Shown piece after piece: positions 1-9,273 of a stretch of DNA of 59,943 nt. Origin of the DNA: an uncultured virus (IMG/VR IMGVR_UViG_3300012277_000001) (lineage: Duplodnaviria > Heunggongvirae > Uroviricota > Caudoviricetes); IMG/VR virus record IMGVR_UViG_3300012277_000001, positions 248,001 through 307,943 of that record; one strand, given 5' to 3'. Each line of letters opens with the position of its first letter. Position 1 is the stretch's first letter. The position numbers and the translations under genes were made by a program. The notes beneath the pieces were generated by a model. That model did no database searches. It was not told where the DNA came from and saw only the letters and a list, made by a program, of their open reading frames with translations.

Positions 1-1
1 T

Positions 2-1870
2 CGCGTATTGGAAAGTAAAGATGGCACTTACGCCATCGCTACCGCCAACACCGATATGTCCCTATTGAATCCTCTCGATGGGGAAGAAATGGTGGCAGTT
101 GCGGAAGACGAAAAACACGAAATGGTAGCGACCGCATCCGCCGATGGCGATATGGACGCTTTCTATCAGGCTTGTTCCAGTGGTTGCGGCGCACACGTTA
201 TCTCGGACGTTGAAGAACTGCTGAGTAAATGCCCGGCTTGCGCTTCCGACCTCCCACAAATGGAAGACGCCGACTTGAAAAACAAACCACAACCGAAAGA
301 AATGTTGGTTGCTGTTGCTGCCACTCGCGCCGAGGCTATCGAAGCTTTCCGTGCGTTGGCCAGCGGTAACTGCGAGACTTTCGCGGCCCAATGTGTTGAT
401 AACATGGTGCTGTCCAACCAGCCCGTGAATTTCGACATTTTCAAAGCCACCGCCGCCGAACAGGTTGCAGACTACGTGCCTCAACTGGCCGTTGCGTCCG
501 CCCTTGAAGACGGCAAAATGAAAGTGCACTATCTGGTAACTGCCAGCGATGACGGTCCAGAAATGCACATCATTTCGAACAGCGACAAAGCGATTTTCTG
601 CCCGGTAACTTCGATGGGTCTGATCGACCCTGAAGACGAATTCACCGAAGAACAGAAAGCCGTTGCGTCTGCTGACTTCGCCGCTACCGCTTCGGATGAT
701 GAAGAGGAAGAGGAAGAAGAGGAAGAAGACGACGACTTCGAGGACGACGAAGAGGAAGAAGAGGAAGAGGAAGAAGAGGAAGAAGACGATTCGGACGACG
801 AAGACGAAGACGACGATGATCTGTCGTTGGGCCTCGCTGCTGCTGAAAAACCAGCGAAAAAAGGCGGCGTAAAACGCAAGGTGAAACCGACCATGGCTAC
901 CGCAAGTACCCAGCCGGAAACCGGCGCTGCCGCTGTTCAAGCAGGCACCGAAGAAAACGTTCAAACCGAACAAACCAACGTTGCGCAAACTGGCGAACAA
1001 GCCACTGCCAACACCGAAACCCAAACCGAGCAAACCGCTGCGGCTGTTCAAGCGCAAACCGAACAAACTCCGGTTGAAGTTTCTGCTTCGTTCGTTTCCA
1101 TCGCGTCCAACGACATGAAGGAAAAATCTGTTGACGTTAATTATGTAGGTAACGTCAAAGGCGAAGCGACTTGGGTTGCTTTCCACGACGGTATTCCGTT
1201 CGCCAAAGCTGTTGCTTCGGCTGCTGAAAACCCAGCGCAATTCGCTGACCCTTCTTTTGGCCGCGCTTTCAAAGCAGTTGCAGCCGAACAGGGTGTTGCT
1301 CAAGCAATCGAGCAATTCCGTTTCGAAGAAATCAAACCTGTGATGCAAGTTGAACAGGTTGTGGCTGAACAAATCCAGTCGCAGGTTGCCGAGCAAACTG
1401 CTGTGCTGGCCCAAGCTTCCGCCAAAGATCAATCGGAACTCGCGGATCGTTTCATGACCGCCATGGCGACCGCTGCTCACGGCATTACCACTGGTTATTT
1501 CCGTGACACTTCGAACCCGATCATGTCGGCTCTGGCTTCCACTCTGGAATCCGTAGGCCTGCAAGGTGCCGAAGACCTGTTGCAACGTGCGTTCCTCGAT
1601 CACTCGCCGGAATACCACAAAGCAATTCTGGCAAAAGCCAGCGAAATCCTGAAATACGATGCCGTCGTGCAAAATCAGATGGCAACTGCTGTAACCCAAA
1701 TCGAACCGAAAAATGTGGTTGCGACCGCTTCTTCGATTTCGGTGGGCCGCCCGGTTCAAGCTCCGGTGCAAGTGCAAAACAAGGAAAGCGAACTCGCTAC
1801 CGCTTCGGCGCAGCAGTCGCAGCCTTCCAACTTCCAATCCAAGCTGCAAGGCTTGAAACTGTTCCGCTAA
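2..1870 (+). CDS. Prohead scaffold/core-like protein (5'-truncated by window)
   Basis: Frame is open from base 2. Long D/E tract, Q/A/T-rich linker, CxxxC..CxxC pair and repeated A(T/V)AS motifs. Lies upstream of the head genes. Confidence 0.6.
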   Translation, partial: RVLESKDGTYAIATANTDMSLLNPLDGEEMVAVAEDEKHEMVATASADGDMDAFYQACSSGCGAHVISDVEELLSKCPACASDLPQMEDADLKNKPQPKEMLVAVAATRAEAIEAFRALASGNCETFAAQCVDNMVLSNQPVNFDIFKATAAEQVADYVPQLAVASALEDGKMKVHYLVTASDDGPEMHIISNSDKAIFCPVTSMGLIDPEDEFTEEQKAVASADFAATASDDEEEEEEEEEDDDFEDDEEEEEEEEEEEEDDSDDEDEDDDDLSLGLAAAEKPAKKGGVKRKVKPTMATASTQPETGAAAVQAGTEENVQTEQTNVAQTGEQATANTETQTEQTAAAVQAQTEQTPVEVSASFVSIASNDMKEKSVDVNYVGNVKGEATWVAFHDGIPFAKAVASAAENPAQFADPSFGRAFKAVAAEQGVAQAIEQFRFEEIKPVMQVEQVVAEQIQSQVAEQTAVLAQASAKDQSELADRFMTAMATAAHGITTGYFRDTSNPIMSALASTLESVGLQGAEDLLQRAFLDHSPEYHKAILAKASEILKYDAVVQNQMATAVTQIEPKNVVATASSISVGRPVQAPVQVQNKESELATASAQQSQPSNFQSKLQGLKLFR

Positions 1871-1885
1871 TCGGAGAATCATCAA

Positions 1886-2623
1886 ATGATCGTTGATAAA
1901 TACACTCGCACTTTCAACACCGAATTCCGCGATGTTGAGCCGGGTCTGGACCTGCAAGAAGACGGCCAAGCGCTGGTTTTCACCAAAGTCCAAGGCCGCA
2001 CCTACGTTCGTCCGTCGCAGGGCGTTGTCGGTGAAATCTTCGCCGGTATTTCGGTGAACCGTAACACCCCTCCGAAATTCCTGCCGAAAATCATCGCTGG
2101 CGTTGTCGTTCCGGAAAGCGGCGTTGTCGATCTGACCCGTCTGCCAATCAACGGCCAAATGCTGGTCAAAGTTGACGGCGACGTTCTGGAAATTTCCGCT
2201 TCCGCACCTGTCGAAGGCAAAGTGCAAAGCGTCGGCACCAAGCTGTATTTCTTCACCGGCACCCCTGCCGATGGTTCGACCCCTGCTGTCGCTGGCGACC
2301 AAGGCAAAGAACTGTTCGTGCAATTCATGTACGAACCTCTGGTTTCCGAAGCCCTCACCGTTCGCGGTGACGCGCCAATCGGCGGCCTTTCCAGCACCGA
2401 ACGCGGTCGTATCGCTGTTCTGACCCGCGCCGAATCCGTGGCCACCACTTTCTACGATGCTTCGGCTGACTGGTCCTCGGCTCTGCGTCCGAAACTGGGC
2501 GTTGACGGCAAGTTCACCACTTCCGGTCCGGGCGAAACCGTTAACACCGTTCTCGTTCTGCAAACCCCGGTCGAAGACGCTGCTTCGTACGGTCCTCTGG
2601 TTCTGAAACTCACCAACGCCTAA
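1886..2623 (+). CDS. Virion structural protein, probable capsid decoration/cement protein
   Basis: SD GGAG, highly expressed codon usage, beta-rich, directly upstream of the major capsid gene. Confidence 0.55.
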   Translation: MIVDKYTRTFNTEFRDVEPGLDLQEDGQALVFTKVQGRTYVRPSQGVVGEIFAGISVNRNTPPKFLPKIIAGVVVPESGVVDLTRLPINGQMLVKVDGDVLEISASAPVEGKVQSVGTKLYFFTGTPADGSTPAVAGDQGKELFVQFMYEPLVSEALTVRGDAPIGGLSSTERGRIAVLTRAESVATTFYDASADWSSALRPKLGVDGKFTTSGPGETVNTVLVLQTPVEDAASYGPLVLKLTNA

Positions 2624-2659
2624 TTCGGCGCCTTTCGAAAAAATTCTGGAGAAATACAC

Positions 2660-3766
2660 ATGTTGAACAAAATCCAAGGCGCCAAGATGGTTCTGGCTGG
2701 CACCGGTGCACCACTGGAAGACCTGCGCTACTCGAAGGGCGGCGAACTGGCACTGAGTTCCGCCACCGGCGAATTCAACGCCTCTTCCACCAAGGATCTG
2801 GCGATCCAAATCGGCAAACTGATGCAAGCTGTTCAAAGCGGCGCCATCGTTCCGGAAAACCAAATCGCCACCGCTTCGAGTGCTGAAAAGCGCGAATATC
2901 GTCGCGAAGTAATGCGCGAAGCCATGGCTTCCGACGAAAACTGGCAAGCACTGGGCGCCAACATCGCCCAACAGGTTTACGAGCAAAGCGAGCGTGACGG
3001 TTTCCTGCGCAAACTTTCGCAAGGTAACACCCTGCGTCAGGGCGAAGTACAACGCGTTCCAATGCCTCCGCATGATTCGATGGCCGTAGTTGCCACCGGT
3101 CCTGCTGGCGTCGGCTACCAGAACATTCGCGCTCGCCAATTCCTGCCTGCCGAATTCGAAATCATCGCCAACGTTCGCGTTAACGCGCTGGACATGGAAC
3201 AGGTTTCGGGCGACCTGCTGGAACACGCTTACAACGACGCGCTGCAATCCATCATGGTTCAAGAAGACCGCCTGTGGAAACAGGCCGCCGATGCCACCGT
3301 TGGCATGATGAACCCGCTGGAATACATCGCTGGTGAACTGACCTCGAAAAACCTCGGTCGTCTGCGCACCGCCGTTACCGACTGGAACCTGCCAGCCACC
3401 ACCGCGATCATCAGCAACGACTACTGGTCGGATATCATCGGTTCGAACGATTTCGCAACCATGCTCGACCCGATCACCAAGTATGATTTGGCCCTGAACG
3501 GCCAGCTGGGTACTCTGGTTGGTCTGCAACTGCTGACCGATGGTTTCCGTGCACCGAACCAGAAAGTTCTGGATCGTGGCGAAATCTACGTCGTGGCCGC
3601 TCCGGAATACCACGCTGCCTACTCCACCCGTGGCGGTATCCAATCCCGTCCAGTGGATTACGCGCACGAAGGTTCCACCGCCAAAGGCTGGATGCTGTCC
3701 GAAGCGTTCTCGTTCGTTCTGGCCAACAACCGCTCCGTCGTGAAAGGCAAGCGTCTGGTTCGTTAA
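2660..3766 (+). CDS. Major capsid protein
   Basis: 368 aa, SD GGAG, strong codon bias. HK97-like features: ...LEHAYNDALQSIMVQEDRLW... and G.LGTLVGLQLLTD. Position in head module. Confidence 0.8.
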   Translation: MLNKIQGAKMVLAGTGAPLEDLRYSKGGELALSSATGEFNASSTKDLAIQIGKLMQAVQSGAIVPENQIATASSAEKREYRREVMREAMASDENWQALGANIAQQVYEQSERDGFLRKLSQGNTLRQGEVQRVPMPPHDSMAVVATGPAGVGYQNIRARQFLPAEFEIIANVRVNALDMEQVSGDLLEHAYNDALQSIMVQEDRLWKQAADATVGMMNPLEYIAGELTSKNLGRLRTAVTDWNLPATTAIISNDYWSDIIGSNDFATMLDPITKYDLALNGQLGTLVGLQLLTDGFRAPNQKVLDRGEIYVVAAPEYHAAYSTRGGIQSRPVDYAHEGSTAKGWMLSEAFSFVLANNRSVVKGKRLVR

Positions 3767-3776
3767 TAAATCTCCG

Positions 3777-3820
3777 CACTTTCCGGATTGAAAGGAGCGC
3801 CCCTTTTAATCCGGTTAGTG
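3777..3820 (+). promoter_or_regulatory. Long intercistronic stem-loop after capsid gene (mRNA stabiliser/processing site)
   Basis: ccggattgaaagg (3783-3795) pairs with ccttttaatccgg (3802-3814), extended by cact/agtg; no U-tract. Confidence 0.55.
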
Positions 3821-3844
3821 TTAGAAATTTCGGGAGATTTAACA

Positions 3845-4390
3845 ATGGACATTCAGGCACTGCTTACACTTGCGGCAGTTTGTTGCAAAAACGGAAGAGA
3901 CGAATTGGCTTTGCAGGTGCTTAAACAGGCCTGCGAATGCAGCGAGTTTTCTTCGGTCCTGAACAGTTCGCTACAGCCTGCATTGCTCGGCGCCCCTGAA
4001 TTCATGGGTGTTGAACAATGCGCTACGGTTCCTTGCGCAGAAGGTGGGGCGGATGGAAAGCTAGACGGCCTCGACTCTTACGTCGATTACGTCGAGACTA
4101 CCAGCCCAACTACCACGAAGTTTGGTACTGCTCCAAATTCGGAAAATTCCATCAACCCTTCGTTGCATGGAACTGATAGCGTAGCCCTCCAACAGATTGT
4201 TGGTTTGGCTTCCGCTGTCTACGTTCAAAAGCAGTATTTGGACGACGGTGAATACATCATCCTCGATCCTCAACTATCGGCTATTGCATCGGCTGAACTC
4301 GATTCCTACGATGAAGAATCGTTGGTGTCGCGTGAACAGCCATCGGCGAGTGAACCGCTAATTCCGGGCCGTATCAGGATCAAGCTGTAA
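3845..4390 (+). CDS. Hypothetical acidic protein, possibly head-associated
   Basis: ATG 3845 with SD GGGAG; carries GLASA/AIASA motifs like the scaffold. Confidence 0.6.
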   Translation: MDIQALLTLAAVCCKNGRDELALQVLKQACECSEFSSVLNSSLQPALLGAPEFMGVEQCATVPCAEGGADGKLDGLDSYVDYVETTSPTTTKFGTAPNSENSINPSLHGTDSVALQQIVGLASAVYVQKQYLDDGEYIILDPQLSAIASAELDSYDEESLVSREQPSASEPLIPGRIRIKL

Positions 4391-4392
4391 CG

Positions 4393-4428
4393 AAAAGGCC
4401 GCTGTGAGAAATCACCGTGGCCTTTTTT
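4393..4428 (+). terminator. Intrinsic terminator
   Basis: aaaaggccgc...gtggcc stem followed by T6. Confidence 0.8.
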
Positions 4429-4448
4429 GTTTTCTGGAGAGGAAAAAC

Positions 4449-5171
4449 ATGACTGATACGCAGCAACGGGAAAGAATTCGCGATGCGATGAACCGGCGTG
4501 ATCTGCTCGGTAAATCCAGCTTTAAACAAACACACCTGTTTGCGAGTTTCGCAGGCATTCGTGCATCGTTTCAAAAGTTCTTCAAGATCAAAGAAATTCC
4601 GTTCGTGCATAACAACGACGTAAAGCAGATGCTGCGGGCCAAGATGGAACCCAGTTATCCCTATGCGTATGTGAGCATGAACAGTATTGCAAAGTCCGAA
4701 GCGCATTTGCTTAGCCCCACGCTACGGCGTCGAGGCGTTGGCCATATGCTCGACGGCTCCAACAGCACGTTAACGCGGCTGCACTATTTTCCTGTTTCGT
4801 TGCGCTATGAATTTCATTACGTGACGAACGACTATTTCGATGCGATCCGCTTTATCGGCGAAGCCCTGATTCTTTTCGAATCGAAGGTGCTCAACGTTCA
4901 GGTAACAAGCGGAAATGTCACGTCGAAAATGACAATCAAAGCAGACAACCCCGAGGTGCAAATTCCACGCGCCGACAAGGATAACGAGGCCGAGCCTGAA
5001 GCGTTCGATCTGGTGATCAGTTGTTCGACCGAAACGTGGACCGGCATCGAGAAGAAAATCTCCAAGGTCAACAATGCGGGGGCCGTCACGTTTCATGCTG
5101 TTGTCGTCAATCCAGACGGCGCGGTTGTGGACGAAGAAACCACGGTTCTCCAAACGGCGGATGACGTATGA
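4449..5171 (+). CDS. Putative neck/tail-completion protein
   Basis: ATG 4449 with SD GGAGAGG; YPYAYVS and PVSLRYEFHYVT motifs resemble tail-terminator folds; lies between head and sheath genes. Confidence 0.5.
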   Translation: MTDTQQRERIRDAMNRRDLLGKSSFKQTHLFASFAGIRASFQKFFKIKEIPFVHNNDVKQMLRAKMEPSYPYAYVSMNSIAKSEAHLLSPTLRRRGVGHMLDGSNSTLTRLHYFPVSLRYEFHYVTNDYFDAIRFIGEALILFESKVLNVQVTSGNVTSKMTIKADNPEVQIPRADKDNEAEPEAFDLVISCSTETWTGIEKKISKVNNAGAVTFHAVVVNPDGAVVDEETTVLQTADDV

Positions 5172-6520
5172 AACCAGTCAACATTTACAAGCCACCAGCG
5201 CGCACCATCGTTACCGAAACGCGCCAGTTTTTGGTGGACAATACTCGGCGCACCGGCATCAATGCTTTTTCGGTTGCAACCAAAGTAACTGAAGCCACGC
5301 TGGAACAGAAAGACGTTACGGTCGGCCCTGATAATCCGTACACGATCAAAGACGTGCGGAATATCCTGTCTATTCAGTGCCCGCATCCGATCCAGCTGGA
5401 AATGATTTCATTCGGTGAAATTCCTGAAGAGGAAGTGCGGACGGAACAGGTTTATTTCGACGCAGAAATTGAGATTGGTGTGGCCAACGCCAGCCGCTTT
5501 GTCTCGGTTAAAATCACCGACAAAGACGTGTTTACGGCTGCCCCTATTTCGATCAACGTGCAGAACATGCGTACCGGGGAGACTGAAACTATTCAGTTGG
5601 CGCGTACCGAAACGAACGTTTACACCGGTTTTCTGGTGACGCAAAACAACGATGCACAGGGTAACGATTTCGACGGCACGATGTTCTGCCGCAAAGACGA
5701 TACGTTGCGATTCATTTACGAAGAGCCTTATGGCGCTTCCGGTAAGTCGCAGGTGGTGACGAAGGATCAGGTAGTAACCCTCGACTTCGAACCAACTGTT
5801 ATTCAGGCACCGCTCTACGTTCCTTTCGGATCGTTCCTGAATTTCCAAGTACAACATCCTGCGGCCCAAACGGCGAAGATCACCAACACCCGTTCCGGCT
5901 CCACTAAAAACGTGGTGCTGGGTAACTTTGCACCAATCGAACTCACCTATACGGATTCGGCAAATTCGTTTGCGGCTGAAGACGGTGACGCATTTGAAAT
6001 AGAAACGGTGGGTAAAGACATTTACGGTCAATTGAAGCCCGTTGTGTACACCGTAATCGTCGGTAGTTCGCAGCCTGAAGTTGCGGTCAAAACGCAGGTC
6101 AATGTAACCGAACCTTTCGACATTTTTGTCACCGATAACAACATGCCAATGGCTGCGGTTCTGAAGATCAAAAACGATTTAACGGGCGTTGAGTTCTCCT
6201 ATCCGCTGGCGCAAAAAGATTTCGCATATTCGGGTGAACTGGTTGCCCATTTCGATTCGTTCTATCACATTGGACTGCCGGGCCAGCCCGTTACGATCAG
6301 CTATAAAAGCGGTGGAATCACGGTAACGAAAACTCTGGAACTGGTGGCCAATGCACCAGCCCCGGTCGAATTACCAGCTGAAACAGAACCGGAAAAAACC
6401 GAACAATCGGCACCGGTTCGTATGACGGTAAATGGCCATTTCTTCCTGAATGGTTCGTTTGCAGGGACAATCAAACTTTCGGCGGATAAACCCGTTCGCT
6501 GCACGTTGATTAAAGCGTAA
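5168..6520 (+). CDS. Virion protein with ~3 beta-sandwich (Ig-like) repeats
   Basis: ATGA overlap; repeated pattern V.D.....(I/V).N..(T/S)G......L. Confidence 0.55.
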   Translation: MKPVNIYKPPARTIVTETRQFLVDNTRRTGINAFSVATKVTEATLEQKDVTVGPDNPYTIKDVRNILSIQCPHPIQLEMISFGEIPEEEVRTEQVYFDAEIEIGVANASRFVSVKITDKDVFTAAPISINVQNMRTGETETIQLARTETNVYTGFLVTQNNDAQGNDFDGTMFCRKDDTLRFIYEEPYGASGKSQVVTKDQVVTLDFEPTVIQAPLYVPFGSFLNFQVQHPAAQTAKITNTRSGSTKNVVLGNFAPIELTYTDSANSFAAEDGDAFEIETVGKDIYGQLKPVVYTVIVGSSQPEVAVKTQVNVTEPFDIFVTDNNMPMAAVLKIKNDLTGVEFSYPLAQKDFAYSGELVAHFDSFYHIGLPGQPVTISYKSGGITVTKTLELVANAPAPVELPAETEPEKTEQSAPVRMTVNGHFFLNGSFAGTIKLSADKPVRCTLIKA

Positions 6521-6530
6521 TTTAATAGTA
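6517..6530 (+). promoter_or_regulatory. Candidate phage late promoter GTAATTTAATAGTA
   Basis: 13/14 identical to 19618-19631; both precede structural genes. Confidence 0.45.
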
Positions 6531-6566
6531 ATCCCGAAACCTTTTGGGAGATTACGGAGATTTTCC

Positions 6567-8159
6567 ATGACCCTTCAAAACGGCAGTAACACGTCGGCGG
6601 GTGTTTATGGCGGCGAAGTCGATAACTCGCAATCGGCTTCTTCGACGTATCCAACCACGGGGGCCATCGTAAGTGAATCGAATCGCGGTCGAGTTGGGGT
6701 GCCCACACTCGTAACCAGCGTGTCCGAATTCCGGGCCAAATTTGGCCTGCGTGATGCATCGCTTACCTTTGGCCACTTCTGCGCCGAACGTTTCCTGAAA
6801 AAAGCACAACGACTGTGGATGTTCCGCGTCGATACCGAAGCCAGTTTTGGTAACGTTTCGATTGTGACCAAAGACGGTTTCGCCATCCCGAAAGCTGCGA
6901 CACAAGGCTATCTGGACCCGGCGACCGAACACAATCTGTTGCCAGATGAAATCGGTTTCTTCTACGCATCGGACCCCGGTAAGTGGAACAACAACCTTCG
7001 TGTGATCTGTTATCCGGATCAATACGACGTAGACAACGAACAATTCGTGGTCGAAGTTTACGAAACGAACATGAGCGTCCCTGTTGAATCCTATCGCGGC
7101 ACTTTGCGCGAAAAGGTTGACGGCCAACGTCGCCAGCTGAGCATTGCTTACCAGCTGGAAAACATGGAATCTCGCGTGCGTTTCATGGTGAACGAAAACC
7201 ACCCTGAGTACGTTGCGAGCAAAGGTGCGAAACGCCTGATCAACGCGATTGTAGAACTCGACCTCGCCTACGGTGACAATGGCCGCGCAGCAACTAGCGG
7301 CGATATCATCCAAGGTTGGGGCGAATTCGAAAACGAAGATGATTTCGAAGTTCGCATTCTGATCAACGCCGGTTACGCCGATCCGGGCGTTCAGCAACAA
7401 ATGATTCAGCTGGCAGAAACTCGCCGGGATTGCTTCGCGATTCTGGACCTGCCATCGGATCAGCAGACGGTGACGCGTGCGGTTAATTACCGTCGCAACA
7501 TCCTCAACACCAACACCAGTTTCGCCGCACTTTACGGTTCGGATATTCTGGAAGTAACCGACGACAACCAAGAAGTCTACGTGCCTTGTTCGGGTGCCAT
7601 CGCTGCTGTGTTTGCACAGTCTGACGAAGCTCGCGATGTGTTTTGGGCACCGGCTGGTGTGATTCGTGGTGTGATCGAAGAAATCAATGGCGTGCGTGTT
7701 AAATACTCGCTGCCTGAGCGCAACATTCTCGATCAGAACCAAATCAACATGATCCACAAACAAAGCGGCTACGGCTACTGCGTTTGGGGTGCACAAACTC
7801 TGCTTTCGACCAAATCGGCGTTGCAGGATGTGCCGGTTCGTCGTCTGATCAACCTGATCGAAACCACTGCGAAATACGATGTTCTGGTCGGCCTGTTCGA
7901 TCCGAACGACGAATTCCTGTGGGCGCAGTTGCGTGGTGTTGTTGAACGGATTCTCGATCCGATCAAGCGTGCTCGCGGCCTGTATTTCTCGGCTGTGTAC
8001 TGCGACAAAAACACGAACCCTCCTGCACAGATTGCAAACGGTGACGTTGCGCTGGTTTACGTGATCCAACCGACTCGCTATGCGAAGCGGATCAAGTTCA
8101 CGACTACCGTTGCGGCCACTGGCCAACTGAGCACCGCCGTCGAACAAATCGCGGCGTAA
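6567..8159 (+). CDS. Tail sheath protein
   Basis: SAGVYGGEVD N-terminus, G.WNN.LRV, AE.RRDCFAILD, WAPAG..RG, WGAQTL and VRRL motifs typical of contractile sheaths. Confidence 0.95.
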   Translation: MTLQNGSNTSAGVYGGEVDNSQSASSTYPTTGAIVSESNRGRVGVPTLVTSVSEFRAKFGLRDASLTFGHFCAERFLKKAQRLWMFRVDTEASFGNVSIVTKDGFAIPKAATQGYLDPATEHNLLPDEIGFFYASDPGKWNNNLRVICYPDQYDVDNEQFVVEVYETNMSVPVESYRGTLREKVDGQRRQLSIAYQLENMESRVRFMVNENHPEYVASKGAKRLINAIVELDLAYGDNGRAATSGDIIQGWGEFENEDDFEVRILINAGYADPGVQQQMIQLAETRRDCFAILDLPSDQQTVTRAVNYRRNILNTNTSFAALYGSDILEVTDDNQEVYVPCSGAIAAVFAQSDEARDVFWAPAGVIRGVIEEINGVRVKYSLPERNILDQNQINMIHKQSGYGYCVWGAQTLLSTKSALQDVPVRRLINLIETTAKYDVLVGLFDPNDEFLWAQLRGVVERILDPIKRARGLYFSAVYCDKNTNPPAQIANGDVALVYVIQPTRYAKRIKFTTTVAATGQLSTAVEQIAA

Positions 8160-8184
8160 TCCAACATAGGAAAAAAGGTGATTT

Positions 8185-8694
8185 ATGCCTAAAGTAACGT
8201 TGGACGAAGCGTACAGCCTGCTTGACCCGATGCTGAATGACAACTTTGAACTTCTGTTCACTGACATTCCGGGCGGTGGCGACGGTCGTCAATTGCGGAT
8301 TCAGTGCTTGGGTGCTGCATTGCCCGGCGCTTCCCTGCAAACTGTGGAAGTCGAACTCTTCGGCCACAAACTGATTTTTGCTGCACGTAAAACCTTCAGC
8401 CACTCGATGACGGTGGCGCTGCACGAAGTTTACGACGCACGCACTTATCAGGCCCTGAAAGATTGGGCAGCCGTAGGTCGTGCGACTCAAACTCAAACCG
8501 GTGGCTTCCACGATGCGTACATGCGCACTGCGGAATTGACCGTGTTTGACCAGACTGGTGCGGATGCTGCGAAGTGGAACATTCACCGGATGTTCCCGAC
8601 CGAAATTTCCGAATACCAGTTCGAGGGTTCGGGTGGGCAGGCACTCCGTCAGGATGCTACGTTCGCCTACGGTTACGTGGAACGTACCCTCTGA
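8185..8694 (+). CDS. Tail tube protein
   Basis: Follows the sheath; T4 gp19-like pattern (LPG....VE.....G......W......FPT.I.......D.TF.Y). Confidence 0.85.
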   Translation: MPKVTLDEAYSLLDPMLNDNFELLFTDIPGGGDGRQLRIQCLGAALPGASLQTVEVELFGHKLIFAARKTFSHSMTVALHEVYDARTYQALKDWAAVGRATQTQTGGFHDAYMRTAELTVFDQTGADAAKWNIHRMFPTEISEYQFEGSGGQALRQDATFAYGYVERTL

Positions 8695-8704
8695 TGAAAT
8701 GAAG

Positions 8705-8739
8705 AAAGCCCGGTGCAAGTTTTTGCATTGGGCTTTTTT
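8705..8739 (+). terminator. Intrinsic terminator
   Basis: aaagcccggtgcaa/ttgcattgggc stem plus T6. Confidence 0.8.
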
Positions 8740-8758
8740 CGCTTGTGTGGGGTTTGAT

Positions 8759-9262
8759 ATGCCTATCCTTTCGCTCGAAGAATTTGCAGGAAAACGCTCG
8801 GGCGACCGTAGCCCGTTGCTTGATTTTTATTGGTACTGTGTCGAGCTTCCGTTCGACTTGGACCCGTCTTATGTGGAAACGGTAACGCTGCCGGTTCCAT
8901 CCATCAACATGAAACCAGTTTTCATGGGCGCACGCTTCCGACAGTATCCGGGCTTCCGTGAATTGTCGGCCTTCGACATAACGCTATACGAAGACGTTTC
9001 TTTGCGTTCGTTCCGTTGGGTTGAAGACTGGCGTAACCGCGTGATGGACCCCGAAACAGGAACGTATTTCCTGCCGGGTAATTACAAACGAAGCATGAAA
9101 TTTGCTTTGACCGATGGGCGCACAACAGACACGCCCGTTTTGACTGCGACACTCATTGACGTTTGGCCGACTACAACCAGTGCAATTGAATTGACCAACT
9201 CTGGTGGGCAGCCGATCAAGGTTCGACAAAACTTTGCGATTGACGACGTTTCTTACGACTGA
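8759..9262 (+). CDS. Tail tube-like protein (tube initiator, T4 gp54-like)
   Basis: Tube fold motifs (ITLYED......W.EDW, DVWPTT...I.L); ATG 8759 after the terminator. Confidence 0.65.
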   Translation: MPILSLEEFAGKRSGDRSPLLDFYWYCVELPFDLDPSYVETVTLPVPSINMKPVFMGARFRQYPGFRELSAFDITLYEDVSLRSFRWVEDWRNRVMDPETGTYFLPGNYKRSMKFALTDGRTTDTPVLTATLIDVWPTTTSAIELTNSGGQPIKVRQNFAIDDVSYD

Positions 9263-9273
9263 GGGGATACACC

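Noticed and set aside
696..820. GAAGAG-type tandem repeats (also ~13473-13496 and ~26002-26061)
   Set aside because: They encode poly-Glu/Asp tracts in frame and are not a CRISPR or satellite array
1868..2659. Scaffold, decoration and capsid genes are in frame with stop-free spacers (possible read-through polyprotein)
   Set aside because: The stops are TAA, the least leaky codon, and each gene has its own GGAG SD. Sharing a frame by chance is common (1 in 9).
62..3667. 1201-aa antisense ORF spanning the three head genes
   Set aside because: Shadow ORF. The three + genes happen to share one frame and avoid TTA/CTA/TCA codons, so the reverse frame lacks stops. The translation is not protein-like.
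6552..8267. 571-aa antisense ORF over the sheath (also 10859-12010, 25057-26124, 29156-30235 and 44310-45800)
   Set aside because: Same codon-bias shadow effect; no RBS, promoter or recognisable motifs on the - strand
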